DNA from: Verrucomicrobiota bacterium
GTDB lineage: Bacteria > Verrucomicrobiota > Verrucomicrobiia > Limisphaerales > AAA164-E04
Direction: 5' to 3'
NCBI GenBank assembly: GCA_047947115.1
Contig: CP170459.1
Span: forward strand, 2,464,001-2,528,000
Length of the DNA stretch: 64,000 bases
The notes below the pieces were generated by a model. That model searched no databases. It was not told the DNA's origin and saw only the letters and a list, made by a program, of their open reading frames with translations. Shown here piece after piece: positions 38,454-48,774 of the stretch. How positions within the stretch are numbered: position 1 is the first letter of the stretch; the number at the start of each line of letters is the position of its first letter. A program made the position numbers and the translations under genes.

Positions 38454-39407
38454 TCAAGCCATCAGAGGTTTAAGTTCCTCAATATGGCGGGGGATGGCGC
38501 GCCATGGATCTTCCGCAGCCTCGTACTCCAGCACGACGAAGCCCTGATAATTGGCTTCCTTCAGGATATTGACCAATCGGGGCAGGTCGGAAGGTCGTTT
38601 TTGCTGACCGCGCGGAGCGATTTCGACTTTCAACTGCACGTTCACTGCGTATGGGGCACACTTGACCAGATCTCCGTAGGGATCGTCGGTGTGGAAATTT
38701 CCGGTGTCCAGGTTGATGCCCAGCCAGGGACTGTCGATGCCCTTGACGATTTCGATCAAAGGATCAGCTTCGGCTACGATGCCGCCGTGGTTTTCAATTC
38801 CAAGAAAAACCCCTTTCTTGGCGGCGTAATCGCAGCATGCTTTCAGGCCCTCGATGCAGCGGACGACAGCTTCTTTCCAGGATTCGTTCCTGGGAGCGTT
38901 CCCGGCAAACACCCGGATATGAGGTGCTCCCATGACAGCTGCGCGATCGATCCATTGTTTGACATGACTGATTTGCTCGTTTCGTTCCTTACCGGGGAAA
39001 TCCGTGAATTGGTTTCCAACCGCGGTTCCACTGATTGCCACTCCTCGCATGAAAGCGTGATGTTTGAGTTTCAGGAGAAACGCATCACTGATTTCTGCAG
39101 GAAAATAATAGCTGGTCAGCTCCGCCCCTTCACATCCGAGATCGGCGCAAAACGAGATAAAGTCGAACAAATCGATCTGGCGAGATTCGGGGGGAAGGTT
39201 TTGGCGTGGGTGGCTGGCATCCTTGAAATAATCTCGGAGGGAGTAGGCTGCCAGACCCAGTTTCAAGTTAGGTTTGCCGGGACGATTGAATGCATCAACT
39301 GCATTCAGGCTGAAAGGCGAGGCCAAGCTTCCGGCCAAAGTGGCCAGGGATCCCATGGCTGCATTTTCCAGGAATTGTCGTCGTGAGGCAGTGTGTTTTG
39401 GCGGCAT
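38454..39407 (-). CDS. Tat-exported sugar phosphate isomerase/epimerase (TIM barrel)
   Basis: SRRQFL; IENHGG, NLDTGN, VLEYE. Confidence 0.88.
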   Translation of the reverse strand: MPPKHTASRRQFLENAAMGSLATLAGSLASPFSLNAVDAFNRPGKPNLKLGLAAYSLRDYFKDASHPRQNLPPESRQIDLFDFISFCADLGCEGAELTSYYFPAEISDAFLLKLKHHAFMRGVAISGTAVGNQFTDFPGKERNEQISHVKQWIDRAAVMGAPHIRVFAGNAPRNESWKEAVVRCIEGLKACCDYAAKKGVFLGIENHGGIVAEADPLIEIVKGIDSPWLGINLDTGNFHTDDPYGDLVKCAPYAVNVQLKVEIAPRGQQKRPSDLPRLVNILKEANYQGFVVLEYEAAEDPWRAIPRHIEELKPLMA

Positions 39408-39474
39408 GATGGTTGATCTGGTTGTCAGGTTAATGAGTGTGTTGTAATTTTTCGGAGTAGACCTTGTGAATTGT

Positions 39475-40437
39475 TCATGCCTCCACAAATCGTCCTAATG
39501 ATCTGAATTTGGAATACCTATTCTTCATCAGATCTTCTTTGCTTGTGGATAGCAGGCCGCTCAGTGTGGATTTCAGTGTGGATTTGATCGAGTCAGCGAC
39601 AATATCCACATCATTCTGTGCCCCGCCTAGTGGTTCTGGAATAATGTCATCCACCAGCTTGAGTGATTGCAGTTGATCTGCTGTGATACGCAATGACTCA
39701 GCGGCTTTCGGGATGGCCGATTGGTTCTTCCAAAGAATGGCAGCGCAACCCTCGGGGCTGATGACCGAGTAATAGGCATTTTCGAGTATCAGCACCTTAT
39801 CCGCGACGCCAATCCCTAATGCGCCACCGGATCCACCTTCTCCAATGACAATTGCGATGACGGGGACTTCCAGCAGCATCATCTCGCGGAGATTGACCGC
39901 AATGGCCTCGGCGATGTGCCTTTCCTCAGCCCCGATGCCGGGGTAAGCGCCGGCGGTATCAATAAACGCCACGATCGGCAGGCTGAATTTATCAGCCATT
40001 TTCATGAGTCGCAGTGCTTTGCGGTAACCTTCAGGATGAGCGGAACCGAAATTCCTCATGATGTTCTCTTTGGTGTCCCGCCCCTTCTGGGTACCGACCA
40101 CCATGACCTTCTGGTTGTCCAGTGAGGCGAACCCGCCCACCATGGCTCGATCATCTCCAAATAAACGATCCCCATGGAGTTCCGAAAAATCGGAAAAAAT
40201 GTGGTGGATGTAGTCCAAGGTGTAGGGGCGTTTGGGGTGACGGGCCAACTGAACGCGCTGATGGGCGTTCAAATTGGAGAAAATCTGTTCGCGTGTTTCT
40301 TGTATCTTCTTTTCGATCAACGCGATTTCTTCCTGAAAACTGATTGCCAGGGAGCTGGTTTCCTCATGGCGTTTGAGTTCTTCCAGCTTCCTTTGCAGTT
40401 CCGCAACCGGCTTTTCAAATTCGAGATAATACTTCAT
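39475..40437 (-). CDS. accA: Acetyl-CoA carboxylase carboxyltransferase subunit alpha
   Basis: YLEFEKP, ARHPKRP, ELHGDR, GEGGSGGAL, YSVISPEGCAAILWK. Confidence 0.98.
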   Translation of the reverse strand: MKYYLEFEKPVAELQRKLEELKRHEETSSLAISFQEEIALIEKKIQETREQIFSNLNAHQRVQLARHPKRPYTLDYIHHIFSDFSELHGDRLFGDDRAMVGGFASLDNQKVMVVGTQKGRDTKENIMRNFGSAHPEGYRKALRLMKMADKFSLPIVAFIDTAGAYPGIGAEERHIAEAIAVNLREMMLLEVPVIAIVIGEGGSGGALGIGVADKVLILENAYYSVISPEGCAAILWKNQSAIPKAAESLRITADQLQSLKLVDDIIPEPLGGAQNDVDIVADSIKSTLKSTLSGLLSTSKEDLMKNRYSKFRSLGRFVEA

Positions 40438-40736
40438 CGACCTGCGCTTTATACGGTGTTTCGTTCAAAAAGGTAAGTAAAAATAAAAATCAACGAGCAG
40501 TTTGGTTTTCCGGGTCTGTCGGGACGATTTTCACCTCTTGTCATGCTTTCTCCGTGACAACTTGATCGATCTCATAAAATGGAACATGCCAAGCCGGAGG
40601 TCATCGATTGCTTGTGGCGATGCCTCTGCGGCTTGATACAGGTTCGAAGGATGCACTTTAGGATCTGGACCTATGGCAGAGCATGCGCTTCCTTTGATGA
40701 TATTTTATTCTTAGTTGCGCCCAGCCCCGTAATTGC

Positions 40737-42188
40737 TTAGCTCTTTGCCTTCATTCGGTGGTAGGCATCCAATGCCGTTTCTCGTGCGATCGTGTGGTTG
40801 ACAATTGGGACCGGATAGGTTCTGCCGAGTTCAATGCCTGCCATCTTGAGTATCATGGGATCCACGTTCCAGGGAGTGTGGATGTCATTGTCGGAAAGGT
40901 TTGAAATTTCAGGAATCCATTTGCGAATGTAATCCCCATGGGTATCAAATTTCTGACTCTGCATGATGGGATTGAAGATCCGGAAATAGGGAGCGGCATC
41001 GGCACCGCATCCCGCAATCCACTGCCATCCCATGGTGTTATTTGCCAGGTCCGCATCGACCAGAGTGTCCCAGAACCATTCCGCTCCCAGTTTCCAGTCC
41101 AGCAGGAGATGCTTGACCAGAAAGGATCCTACGATCATGCGCACCCGATTGTGCATCCACCCGGTCGCCCACAGCTCGCGCATGCCGGCGTCTACGATGG
41201 GGTAGCCGGTTTGGCCTTTTTGCCAGGCTAGGAGCATGGTCTCATCCTTTCGCCATGGGAAAGTTTCGAATTCCGGTCGCAGTGGACATTTGGTCATGTG
41301 TGGGAAATGGTGGAGCAGGTGATGGGCAAATTCACGCCATCCCACTTCCTTCATATAGGTGGAAAGCATCACCGAGGCTCCCGAACTTTTGGTGCGGCAG
41401 GTTGTCGTTTCCAAATGATGGTAGATCTGCCCTGGAGTAATCTCTCCAAAGTGCAGGTGGGGTGACAGTCTGGATGTACCTGCAATGCCGGGAAAATTCC
41501 GTTTCCCTTCATAGTTCCCGTATGCTTCCGACTGGAATCGCCTGAGCTGAGCCATGGCTTCATTTTCTCCGGGTGCCCAGCTCGCTTGAATGCCCTTGTC
41601 CCAATGGACGGAAGGGAGCAGTCGAAAACTTTCCAGATATTCGGACTTCAGGGTGGTTCCTGGATGCTTCGGCCAGATTGCGGGTGGGGGGAGCGGTCTG
41701 GCGGGTGGGGATTGTTGGCAGAGGTGTTTCCAAAAAGGTGTAAACACTTGAAATGGCTTGCCAGATTTGTTGCGAATGGAACAAGGGTCCCACATGAGTT
41801 GTCCGGGAAAGCTTTTGAGTTCGATACCCGACGGGCTGAGGGCTTTTTGAATGGACGCATCAATGCCCTTCCAGAAAGGATCAAAACTGGTGGAGACATG
41901 AATGCATTGTGCGTTTGTTTCTTTGCAAATCGATTGAAGAATGCTGGCCGGTTCGCCTGTTCGCAGGATCATTTTGCCCCCTAACGAACAAATGGAGGAC
42001 TCCAGGCTTTTTAGCGATTGATGCAGCCACCATTTGGAGGCGCTACCCGTTGCCTGGCTTTCCTTCTCAGAATATATGTAGAGCGGAATGATCGGGCATT
42101 CAGTTTCCATGGCGGCGGATAGAGCCTGATGATCTGATAATCTCAGATCCCGCCGGAACCACATTAGTATGGGAGCTTGTTTGTCCAT
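40737..42188 (-). CDS. phrB: Class I/III-type DNA photolyase
   Basis: WFRRDLRLSD, TSRLSPHLHFGEI, GYPIVDAGMREL..TGWMHNRVRM, ADAAPYFRIFNP. Confidence 0.95.
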   Translation of the reverse strand: MDKQAPILMWFRRDLRLSDHQALSAAMETECPIIPLYIYSEKESQATGSASKWWLHQSLKSLESSICSLGGKMILRTGEPASILQSICKETNAQCIHVSTSFDPFWKGIDASIQKALSPSGIELKSFPGQLMWDPCSIRNKSGKPFQVFTPFWKHLCQQSPPARPLPPPAIWPKHPGTTLKSEYLESFRLLPSVHWDKGIQASWAPGENEAMAQLRRFQSEAYGNYEGKRNFPGIAGTSRLSPHLHFGEITPGQIYHHLETTTCRTKSSGASVMLSTYMKEVGWREFAHHLLHHFPHMTKCPLRPEFETFPWRKDETMLLAWQKGQTGYPIVDAGMRELWATGWMHNRVRMIVGSFLVKHLLLDWKLGAEWFWDTLVDADLANNTMGWQWIAGCGADAAPYFRIFNPIMQSQKFDTHGDYIRKWIPEISNLSDNDIHTPWNVDPMILKMAGIELGRTYPVPIVNHTIARETALDAYHRMKAKS

Positions 42189-42213
42189 TTTTGTCGACTT
42201 TACTGTGCCACGC

Positions 42214-42246
42214 AAAAACCGTCCTGCAATGAAGAGGACAGTTTTT
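42214..42246 (-). terminator. Putative intrinsic terminator after the DUF4126 gene
   Basis: Minus strand ACTGTCCT...AGGACGGT followed by a T run; A/T tracts on both sides. Confidence 0.5.
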
Positions 42247-42303
42247 TGAAAAAATAGTGAACCAGAAAGGGGTGAAACCGGCCGGGCCGATGAGGCAATG
42301 ACT

Positions 42304-42915
42304 TTAACTATGCTTCAGCACCTCACTGGAGGCTTGCGTGGTTGGGGTTGATTTTAATTTCCAATAACGAATGCCCGCTCCTGCAACGACGAGCACCACA
42401 ACCAGTGCCAGCCCCGGCATGACGAGGGCCATGACTGAAGTGCTTACGGCTCCGCCGAGTTCAGCTGTCGCGATCAGAGGATTTCCCAGACCGCCGGTCA
42501 TCAGTGTGCTGCCGCCTCGAATAAACGCCATGGCCACATGAATGGCTCCGGCAATGCCGCCACCTGCGATCAAGGCCAGCGACCAGGTCATGAGCGGACT
42601 CATCTCGGTAAACATCGATGCGCTCACGACCGAGCCGGCCACCACTGCCGCAGGCCCGGCAACAGTATCGAGAAAGTGATCCAGTATGGGAATGTAGTAG
42701 GCGCCCACCTCGAGAACCACCGCTGATCCCAGAGCGATGACCGCCGGCCAGGTGTTCAGCCAGGCGAAATTTTCGGATAATTCAAGGTGCCCGCCCATGG
42801 CCGCCAGACTGATGATGAACGGCGGCACAAAAATTCGGAATCCACAGGAGGCACTTAATCCCAGACCGATGAGGATGCTGAGCAAGCTTGAGGAGGATGG
42901 TGGAATGAGTTCCAT
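42304..42915 (-). CDS. DUF4126 membrane protein
   Basis: GLGLSASCGFRIFVP, EVGAYYIP..DHFLD, TGGLGNP. Confidence 0.85.
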   Translation of the reverse strand: MELIPPSSSSLLSILIGLGLSASCGFRIFVPPFIISLAAMGGHLELSENFAWLNTWPAVIALGSAVVLEVGAYYIPILDHFLDTVAGPAAVVAGSVVSASMFTEMSPLMTWSLALIAGGGIAGAIHVAMAFIRGGSTLMTGGLGNPLIATAELGGAVSTSVMALVMPGLALVVVLVVAGAGIRYWKLKSTPTTQASSEVLKHS

Positions 42916-43141
42916 GGTAGTGATCGTGGTTTTTTTAGGTGTTCTGAACTTGTTGCTCTGAAAAACACCGTCATATTGCCCGAGGTTTCAAGAAAATGCT
43001 CTTACAAAGTACTTTTTGAATTGGAATTTTCGAACACGCCCTCATGGTGTGGGCTCTATAAAACGATCAAGATGTTTGGGTTTAATGCCATTAGGGATGC
43101 TTGGAGAGATTTTGATGTTGGTTATGAAACTTTGGTGTTCA

Positions 43142-44164
43142 ATGATTGATTTGGAGTTGCCATGTCGGTTGAGAGGGCTGCTCGGGTTGGTGATTGCTCT
43201 GTCATGTGCCATGGTTTCAGGGTGCCGCCATGACCATGGAGGATTATACTCAACCGGACATCCTGCTTCGTCGATCGAAACTGATTCCCCGTCAGTTGAC
43301 TCCTCCACGACTTCAACAGCTTCATCCACTGTGTTGATGCTGGCCCATGTTGAATCAGACACTCTTCAGAATCTGATTCAAATCTCTGATCGGGTCTATT
43401 CGGGAGGGGAACCTCACGGTGAAGATGCATTTCGGGAACTGGCAGCACTGGGGATTCAAACCGTTCTCAGCGTCGATGGGGCAAAGCCGGATCTGACAGG
43501 AGCCAAGCGCCAAGGGCTTCGTTACGTGCATGTTCCTATCGGGTATGACGGTGTTGAGACGCATTCGGCATTGTCCATTGTTCAATTGATGAGGGAATCC
43601 GAAGGCAAGATCTACGTGCATTGCCACCACGGACGACATCGGGGGCCGGTTGCGGCTGCCATCGCCTGCATGGCTGATGGACAAGTGGGGCCCGAAGCTG
43701 GATTGAGTATTTTAGAGGTCGCTGGAACCAGTCGTGATTATGCAGGACTTTGGCGCGATGTGGCCGCCTTTCGTCCACCGGACGCCGATGTCATATTGCC
43801 TGAACTGACTGAAGTGGCACGGGTAGGAGATTTGGCTGAGTCGATGGCCAAGATGGATCGGGTATTTGATCGATTGACACTTTTAAGCGCGCATCAGTGG
43901 CAACCTCCTGATTCGCATGAGGATTTGGATGCGCGACAGGAAGCCATCATCCTTCGTGAACTTTTGCATGAATGCGGGCGTCTATTGGATGCCGGTGCGG
44001 CCAAGGACCTTTACAAACGATTTGATCACTCTGAAAAAGAAGCCGGAGCACTCGAGAACGCATTGCAAGCTGGTTATTTGGAACGATCCACCAACTTGCT
44101 TGGACAAATTAAAATTTCCTGCAAATCCTGCCACCAGCAACACCGAAACGATCCCGGTCATTAA
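43142..44164 (+). CDS. Putative lipoprotein: PTP/DSP-like (CX5R) domain fused to a cytochrome c'-like domain
   Basis: Lipobox-like MVSGC; VHCHHGRHRG; C-terminal helical region ending CKSCHQQHR. Confidence 0.75.
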   Translation: MIDLELPCRLRGLLGLVIALSCAMVSGCRHDHGGLYSTGHPASSIETDSPSVDSSTTSTASSTVLMLAHVESDTLQNLIQISDRVYSGGEPHGEDAFRELAALGIQTVLSVDGAKPDLTGAKRQGLRYVHVPIGYDGVETHSALSIVQLMRESEGKIYVHCHHGRHRGPVAAAIACMADGQVGPEAGLSILEVAGTSRDYAGLWRDVAAFRPPDADVILPELTEVARVGDLAESMAKMDRVFDRLTLLSAHQWQPPDSHEDLDARQEAIILRELLHECGRLLDAGAAKDLYKRFDHSEKEAGALENALQAGYLERSTNLLGQIKISCKSCHQQHRNDPGH

Positions 44165-44371
44165 GCCGCTGTTTGCTCTTGCAAAATCTGTAGCAAGAAT
44201 TTGCAAATCATTAAGTTTCCAGCCAAAAGTGATTGATTCTCTTCTGCAATTAAGGTTTGCTCGTTTTATTCTCCTTTGTTTCACAGGTTAAACTGAATTG
44301 CAGATGCAATGTTACAGATTTGTGGAGGTGTGGACGTTCATGGCGGAACTCCACTGAGCCACGCAAACATC

Positions 44372-47300
44372 ATGAAGTATATGAACAAACTAAAAAACAA
44401 ACTGAAATACATGGCGGGATTGGCTGCCTTGGTCTTGACGGTGGGTCAAGCCGTGGCACAGCCATCAACACCCCAGGAGACCATCACAGGGCGTGCCTGG
44501 CTGGATATCGGCGGCACGGCAATTGGTGATCTCACTGGAAATGCAAAGTTCCCGGATAATTACGATGTCCAGGTTTGGCTTCCTTATTTTGAATGGAACC
44601 CGGATCCCGATGGGAACATCGATAATCCTTCCAACAACGCCTTTGGCGACAACTATGGGGCCCAGATCCTGGGTTATTTCCACGCCCCAGCTACTGGAGA
44701 CTATACATTCTGGATTTCGGCGGACGACAACGCTGAGCTTTACTTGAGTACCGACGAAGATCCGGCAAACAAATTACTGATTGCCAGAGAATCCGGATGG
44801 TCCAATCCACGTAACTGGGATTCCATTGGTGGAGCTCCCAGTGTCGTTGAGGAAAAAAATTCCAGCACCTACACCGGCACCCAGTGGCCTGACACCAATG
44901 CTGATGGCGGAGCCACTATCACGCTCCAGCAAGGTCAGGCTTACTACATCGAAGCTCTCGTCAAAGAGGGGGGCGGCGGTGATAATCTGGCTGTTGCCGT
45001 GGAAGATCCGAACGGGATCATTGATCCATTCCTTCCCATCCCAGGCGAATACCTTTCCTCCCACGTTCCATCCGGTCCCTTGGCAATTACCAGTCAACCA
45101 GTTGGAGCCACAGTCGATGCATTGACCTCTCTGACTCTGTCCGTGGAAGTGTCTGGAACACCCCCCTATGCCTTTCAATGGAAAAAGGACGGATCAGATG
45201 TTGATGGGGCTACAAGTGCTAGTCTCACCATTGATCGTGTGGGTGCTGGCGATGCCGGTTCTTACACCGTCGAAGTTTCCGGTGCCAGTGGTTCTGCCAC
45301 AAGCAACGCGGCAGTCGTTGCTGTCAACAGTGATGACGTAGCACCAGCTCTGACCTTTGTTACCGGATCTGAAACCTTTACCGTGGTGAAGGTCACCTTT
45401 TCAGAACCTGTCGATGCCGCCACCGGTGGTAATGCATCGAACTACAAGCTATCAGGTGGTATCAACGTGACCGGTGCAACCGTTGCCGATGCCCCGAATG
45501 ACAACACTGTTATTTTGAACACCAGTAAACAGGACGAAGGCACGATGCTGACTCTGAGTGTAGAGAATGTTCAGGATCTGTTCGGAAATGCCATCGCCGC
45601 TGCTTCCATGGAGTTCTCGACCTTCGTGTGGCAGGAAGGTGTCGTGTTGCACAAATTCTGGGAAAATATGACGACGAACAATCTGGATGGTTTGCGTGCC
45701 GATCCACGTTTCCCGGACAATCCGTCCTGGGTTTCTCTTGAACCATTCTGGGAGTATGGCCCCGGTGGTTCCAACGAAAGTGGCAGCAACTACGGCAACC
45801 AACTGGTTGGCTGGTTCGTTGCACCCGAGGATGGCAACTACATCTTTTTCACCAACTCGGACGATCCTTCCGACCTCTACCTGAGTACGGATGATGATCC
45901 GGCCAACAAGCTGCTCATCGCTCGCGAGGCGGGCTGGTCCAATGCCCGCAGCTGGAATTCGGTCGGGGACGGAAGTGTTGCGGATGACAAACGTTCCGAT
46001 TTCTTCATCGACAGTGAATGGCCGACTCTTGATATCAAGTTGGAAGCCGGAAAGCGCTATTACCTCGAATCCATCCACACGGAAGGTGGCGGCGGTGACA
46101 ATGTGGGGGCAACCGTTATCAGCAGTCTGGATCCAGATCCAGCCGATGGCGATGCACCTACCTTGACCGGCTCCTTGATCGGAACTTACCTCGATCCAAA
46201 TGGTGCGGAAATCACCATTGACCAACAACCTTCCGATGTCACCACTGATGAAGGTCAGTCCGTTACCCTTGCAATCGGTGCATCCGGGATGTCCGCTTAC
46301 GGCAACACCGTGGGAATCCAATGGCAGACTGCCGCGGCCGGAAGTTCCGATTTCAGCAATGTGGCAGGGGCAACCACAGAAACATTGAATACGGGCGTAC
46401 TGACCACTGCCGATTCGGGAGTGCAGTTCCGGGTTGTTTTGACTGTTCCTACGCTCACCGTGACCAGCGATGTGGCTACTGTGACGGTTGAAAGTGATAC
46501 CAATCCTCCTTCGATCGTGGGTGTTTCCGCCACTTCGGCCAACACATTGATTGTTCGCTTCAACGAGCGCATTGATGAAACCACCGGTTCACAGGCCGGG
46601 AACTTCAGCCTCAGCGATGGTGTCAGTATTTCCAGCGCACAGGCAACCGGGAGTACGGTTCTGTTGACCACCGGAGATTTGACTCCGGGTGGTTCTTATA
46701 CACTCACTGCTGGTGGTGTGAACGACTTGTTCGGAAACGCACTCGCTGCAGGTTCGACCAAGAACTTCACCGTCAATATCGTAACCTATACCGACATCAT
46801 TCTGGAAGACGGTCCAATCGTGTTCTACACATTTGATGGCGACAGCGGTCAGGTGTCCACCAACCATGGAACACTCGGTAGCGATGCTGATGGACTCTGG
46901 ATGTCCGGTGCCGGTCCTGACGATTCCTTCGAATGGGATGTGACCACTGAAGAAGGTCCCAACAGCGGAGAAGGTTTTCTTGGTTTTGCCGGAGACAACC
47001 AGGCCGCTTCATTCAATGGCGATCTTGACGCCATCTGGATCGACGCTCAGGGCTCTTGGTTGAGTAACCTGGATTCCTTCACCTTGGAATATTGGGTCAA
47101 ACCCACCAACCGTGAAGGTAATGGCTGGAATCGAGTTGGGATCGTTGGTCAGAACGATACTGTGGAATACGGTTTCATTAACGGAACGACCATTCAGATC
47201 TGGACCCCGGGTGGCGGTTCTCTGAATACCACCTATGAATTCGGTGATGACGAGTGGCATCACGTGGCAACCATCGCCGATGGGGGTCAGATTGTGAACT

Positions 47301-48466
47301 ACTTCGACGGTGTGTTGATCAACAGCGGTGGTGGAGCAACTGCCAACTATGGTGCTGCTGACTTCAACGTGCACATCGGTGGTGGTGGTGTCTATGACGC
47401 AACCGGCAATCACTTCGAAGGTGCTTTGGACGCAGTGGCCATCTTTAACAAGGCCATCCCTGGCGAGCGAGTGGAAGAACACTTCCGGGCTGGTCGTGAA
47501 GGTGGTTCCATTGCTGAAGCTACCGGTATCGACATCGCTTGGGTGAGTTTCCATCCTGCTGACAACGAACCAGGCGCCGATGCGGCTGCTGCCGGTTTCA
47601 CCGAAGCGGCTGACAAAGGTTATACCGACCTGCTGCGCAAGGCCGGGCACAACGTGACCCGCGTCCTTACTTCCGGTACTCCTGATGTGGCGGCATTGAA
47701 CGAATACGATCTCGTGATCATCAGTCGTTCGGTCCCAAGTGGTGATTATCAGGATGCTGCTGAAGCAGCTGCCTGGAACAGCGTGGAAACGCCCACCTTG
47801 ATTCTGGGCGGTTATATCCTCCGCAATAGTCGTCTGGGATACACCACCGGAGGAACGATGGTGGACACTGATCGCGTGATCAAGCTGTTGGCCAATGATC
47901 CTAATCACCCCATCTTTGCTGATATTGCATTGGATGCGAATGGTCTCATGGTGAATGACTACGCCGGTATCGTGACCGCTCTCGACAATGTTCAGCGCGG
48001 TGTTTCCATCAATAATGATCCTATCATTGGTGGCGGGAAATTGGTTGCAACGGTTGGAACATCCGATGATCCTACTGTCGGCGGGATGGTTATCGGCGAG
48101 TTCGGTGCCGGGACCTCCATGTCCAATGGCGGAGGAGATACCCTGAACGGACATCGCATGGTCTTCCTGACCGGTAGCCGTGAGCAGGGATTCACCTCGC
48201 AGGGTGCAGGTATCTACGACTTGGAAGCCGACGGCGCCAAGTTGTTCCTGAACGCCGTGAACTACATGACCTCTCTGCCTGACGCTCCTGCTGGTGGCGC
48301 TGCCATTGCCATTGCAAATGAGGGTGGCAACATTGCTATCACTTACGAAGGCACCTTGCAGTCAGCGGACAGCGTGACCGGTCCTTACAGCAACGTGACA
48401 GGAGCTTCCAGTCCGTTCAGTGTCACAGCTGACGCGCCTCAGAAGTTCTACCGAGCCGTTCAGTAA
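44372..48466 (+). CDS. Secreted protein with two PA14, Ig-like and LamG domains
   Basis: Two PA14 units (GYFHAP.TGDYTFWISADD; KEGGGGDN / TEGGGGDN), ITSQP/IDQQP Ig units, WHHVA LamG, C-terminal GTLQSADSVTGPY...KFYRA tail. Confidence 0.85.
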   Translation: MKYMNKLKNKLKYMAGLAALVLTVGQAVAQPSTPQETITGRAWLDIGGTAIGDLTGNAKFPDNYDVQVWLPYFEWNPDPDGNIDNPSNNAFGDNYGAQILGYFHAPATGDYTFWISADDNAELYLSTDEDPANKLLIARESGWSNPRNWDSIGGAPSVVEEKNSSTYTGTQWPDTNADGGATITLQQGQAYYIEALVKEGGGGDNLAVAVEDPNGIIDPFLPIPGEYLSSHVPSGPLAITSQPVGATVDALTSLTLSVEVSGTPPYAFQWKKDGSDVDGATSASLTIDRVGAGDAGSYTVEVSGASGSATSNAAVVAVNSDDVAPALTFVTGSETFTVVKVTFSEPVDAATGGNASNYKLSGGINVTGATVADAPNDNTVILNTSKQDEGTMLTLSVENVQDLFGNAIAAASMEFSTFVWQEGVVLHKFWENMTTNNLDGLRADPRFPDNPSWVSLEPFWEYGPGGSNESGSNYGNQLVGWFVAPEDGNYIFFTNSDDPSDLYLSTDDDPANKLLIAREAGWSNARSWNSVGDGSVADDKRSDFFIDSEWPTLDIKLEAGKRYYLESIHTEGGGGDNVGATVISSLDPDPADGDAPTLTGSLIGTYLDPNGAEITIDQQPSDVTTDEGQSVTLAIGASGMSAYGNTVGIQWQTAAAGSSDFSNVAGATTETLNTGVLTTADSGVQFRVVLTVPTLTVTSDVATVTVESDTNPPSIVGVSATSANTLIVRFNERIDETTGSQAGNFSLSDGVSISSAQATGSTVLLTTGDLTPGGSYTLTAGGVNDLFGNALAAGSTKNFTVNIVTYTDIILEDGPIVFYTFDGDSGQVSTNHGTLGSDADGLWMSGAGPDDSFEWDVTTEEGPNSGEGFLGFAGDNQAASFNGDLDAIWIDAQGSWLSNLDSFTLEYWVKPTNREGNGWNRVGIVGQNDTVEYGFINGTTIQIWTPGGGSLNTTYEFGDDEWHHVATIADGGQIVNYFDGVLINSGGGATANYGAADFNVHIGGGGVYDATGNHFEGALDAVAIFNKAIPGERVEEHFRAGREGGSIAEATGIDIAWVSFHPADNEPGADAAAAGFTEAADKGYTDLLRKAGHNVTRVLTSGTPDVAALNEYDLVIISRSVPSGDYQDAAEAAAWNSVETPTLILGGYILRNSRLGYTTGGTMVDTDRVIKLLANDPNHPIFADIALDANGLMVNDYAGIVTALDNVQRGVSINNDPIIGGGKLVATVGTSDDPTVGGMVIGEFGAGTSMSNGGGDTLNGHRMVFLTGSREQGFTSQGAGIYDLEADGAKLFLNAVNYMTSLPDAPAGGAAIAIANEGGNIAITYEGTLQSADSVTGPYSNVTGASSPFSVTADAPQKFYRAVQ

Positions 48467-48497
48467 GATCTTCGGATTGAGCTGGAAATTATACACA

Positions 48498-48528
48498 AGG
48501 CCGGGCGCTGAAGCGCCCGGCCTTTTTT
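48498..48528 (+). terminator. Rho-independent terminator
   Basis: aggccgggcgct-ga-agcgcccggcct followed by ttttt. Confidence 0.9.
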
Positions 48529-48774
48529 GTGGGCAGGGATTCCATACTGCGCGTCCGTATGCGTTATTGCATGGTTGTCGCAGGTCGTTGGATACCGGTT
48601 GCGCATACGCTACACCGTATAGGCGGTGCCCTGCCGGCACAGTGTTTGAATTATTTTTACATTTGTTTAAATTCGCACTTGCATTTTTTTTCCAAGAGCA
48701 TCATCTAGGCATTGGTAAATTTAATGTACTCAGAATTATTCTTCTACAGAGGCTGCGACATCGCCTGAATCGCC

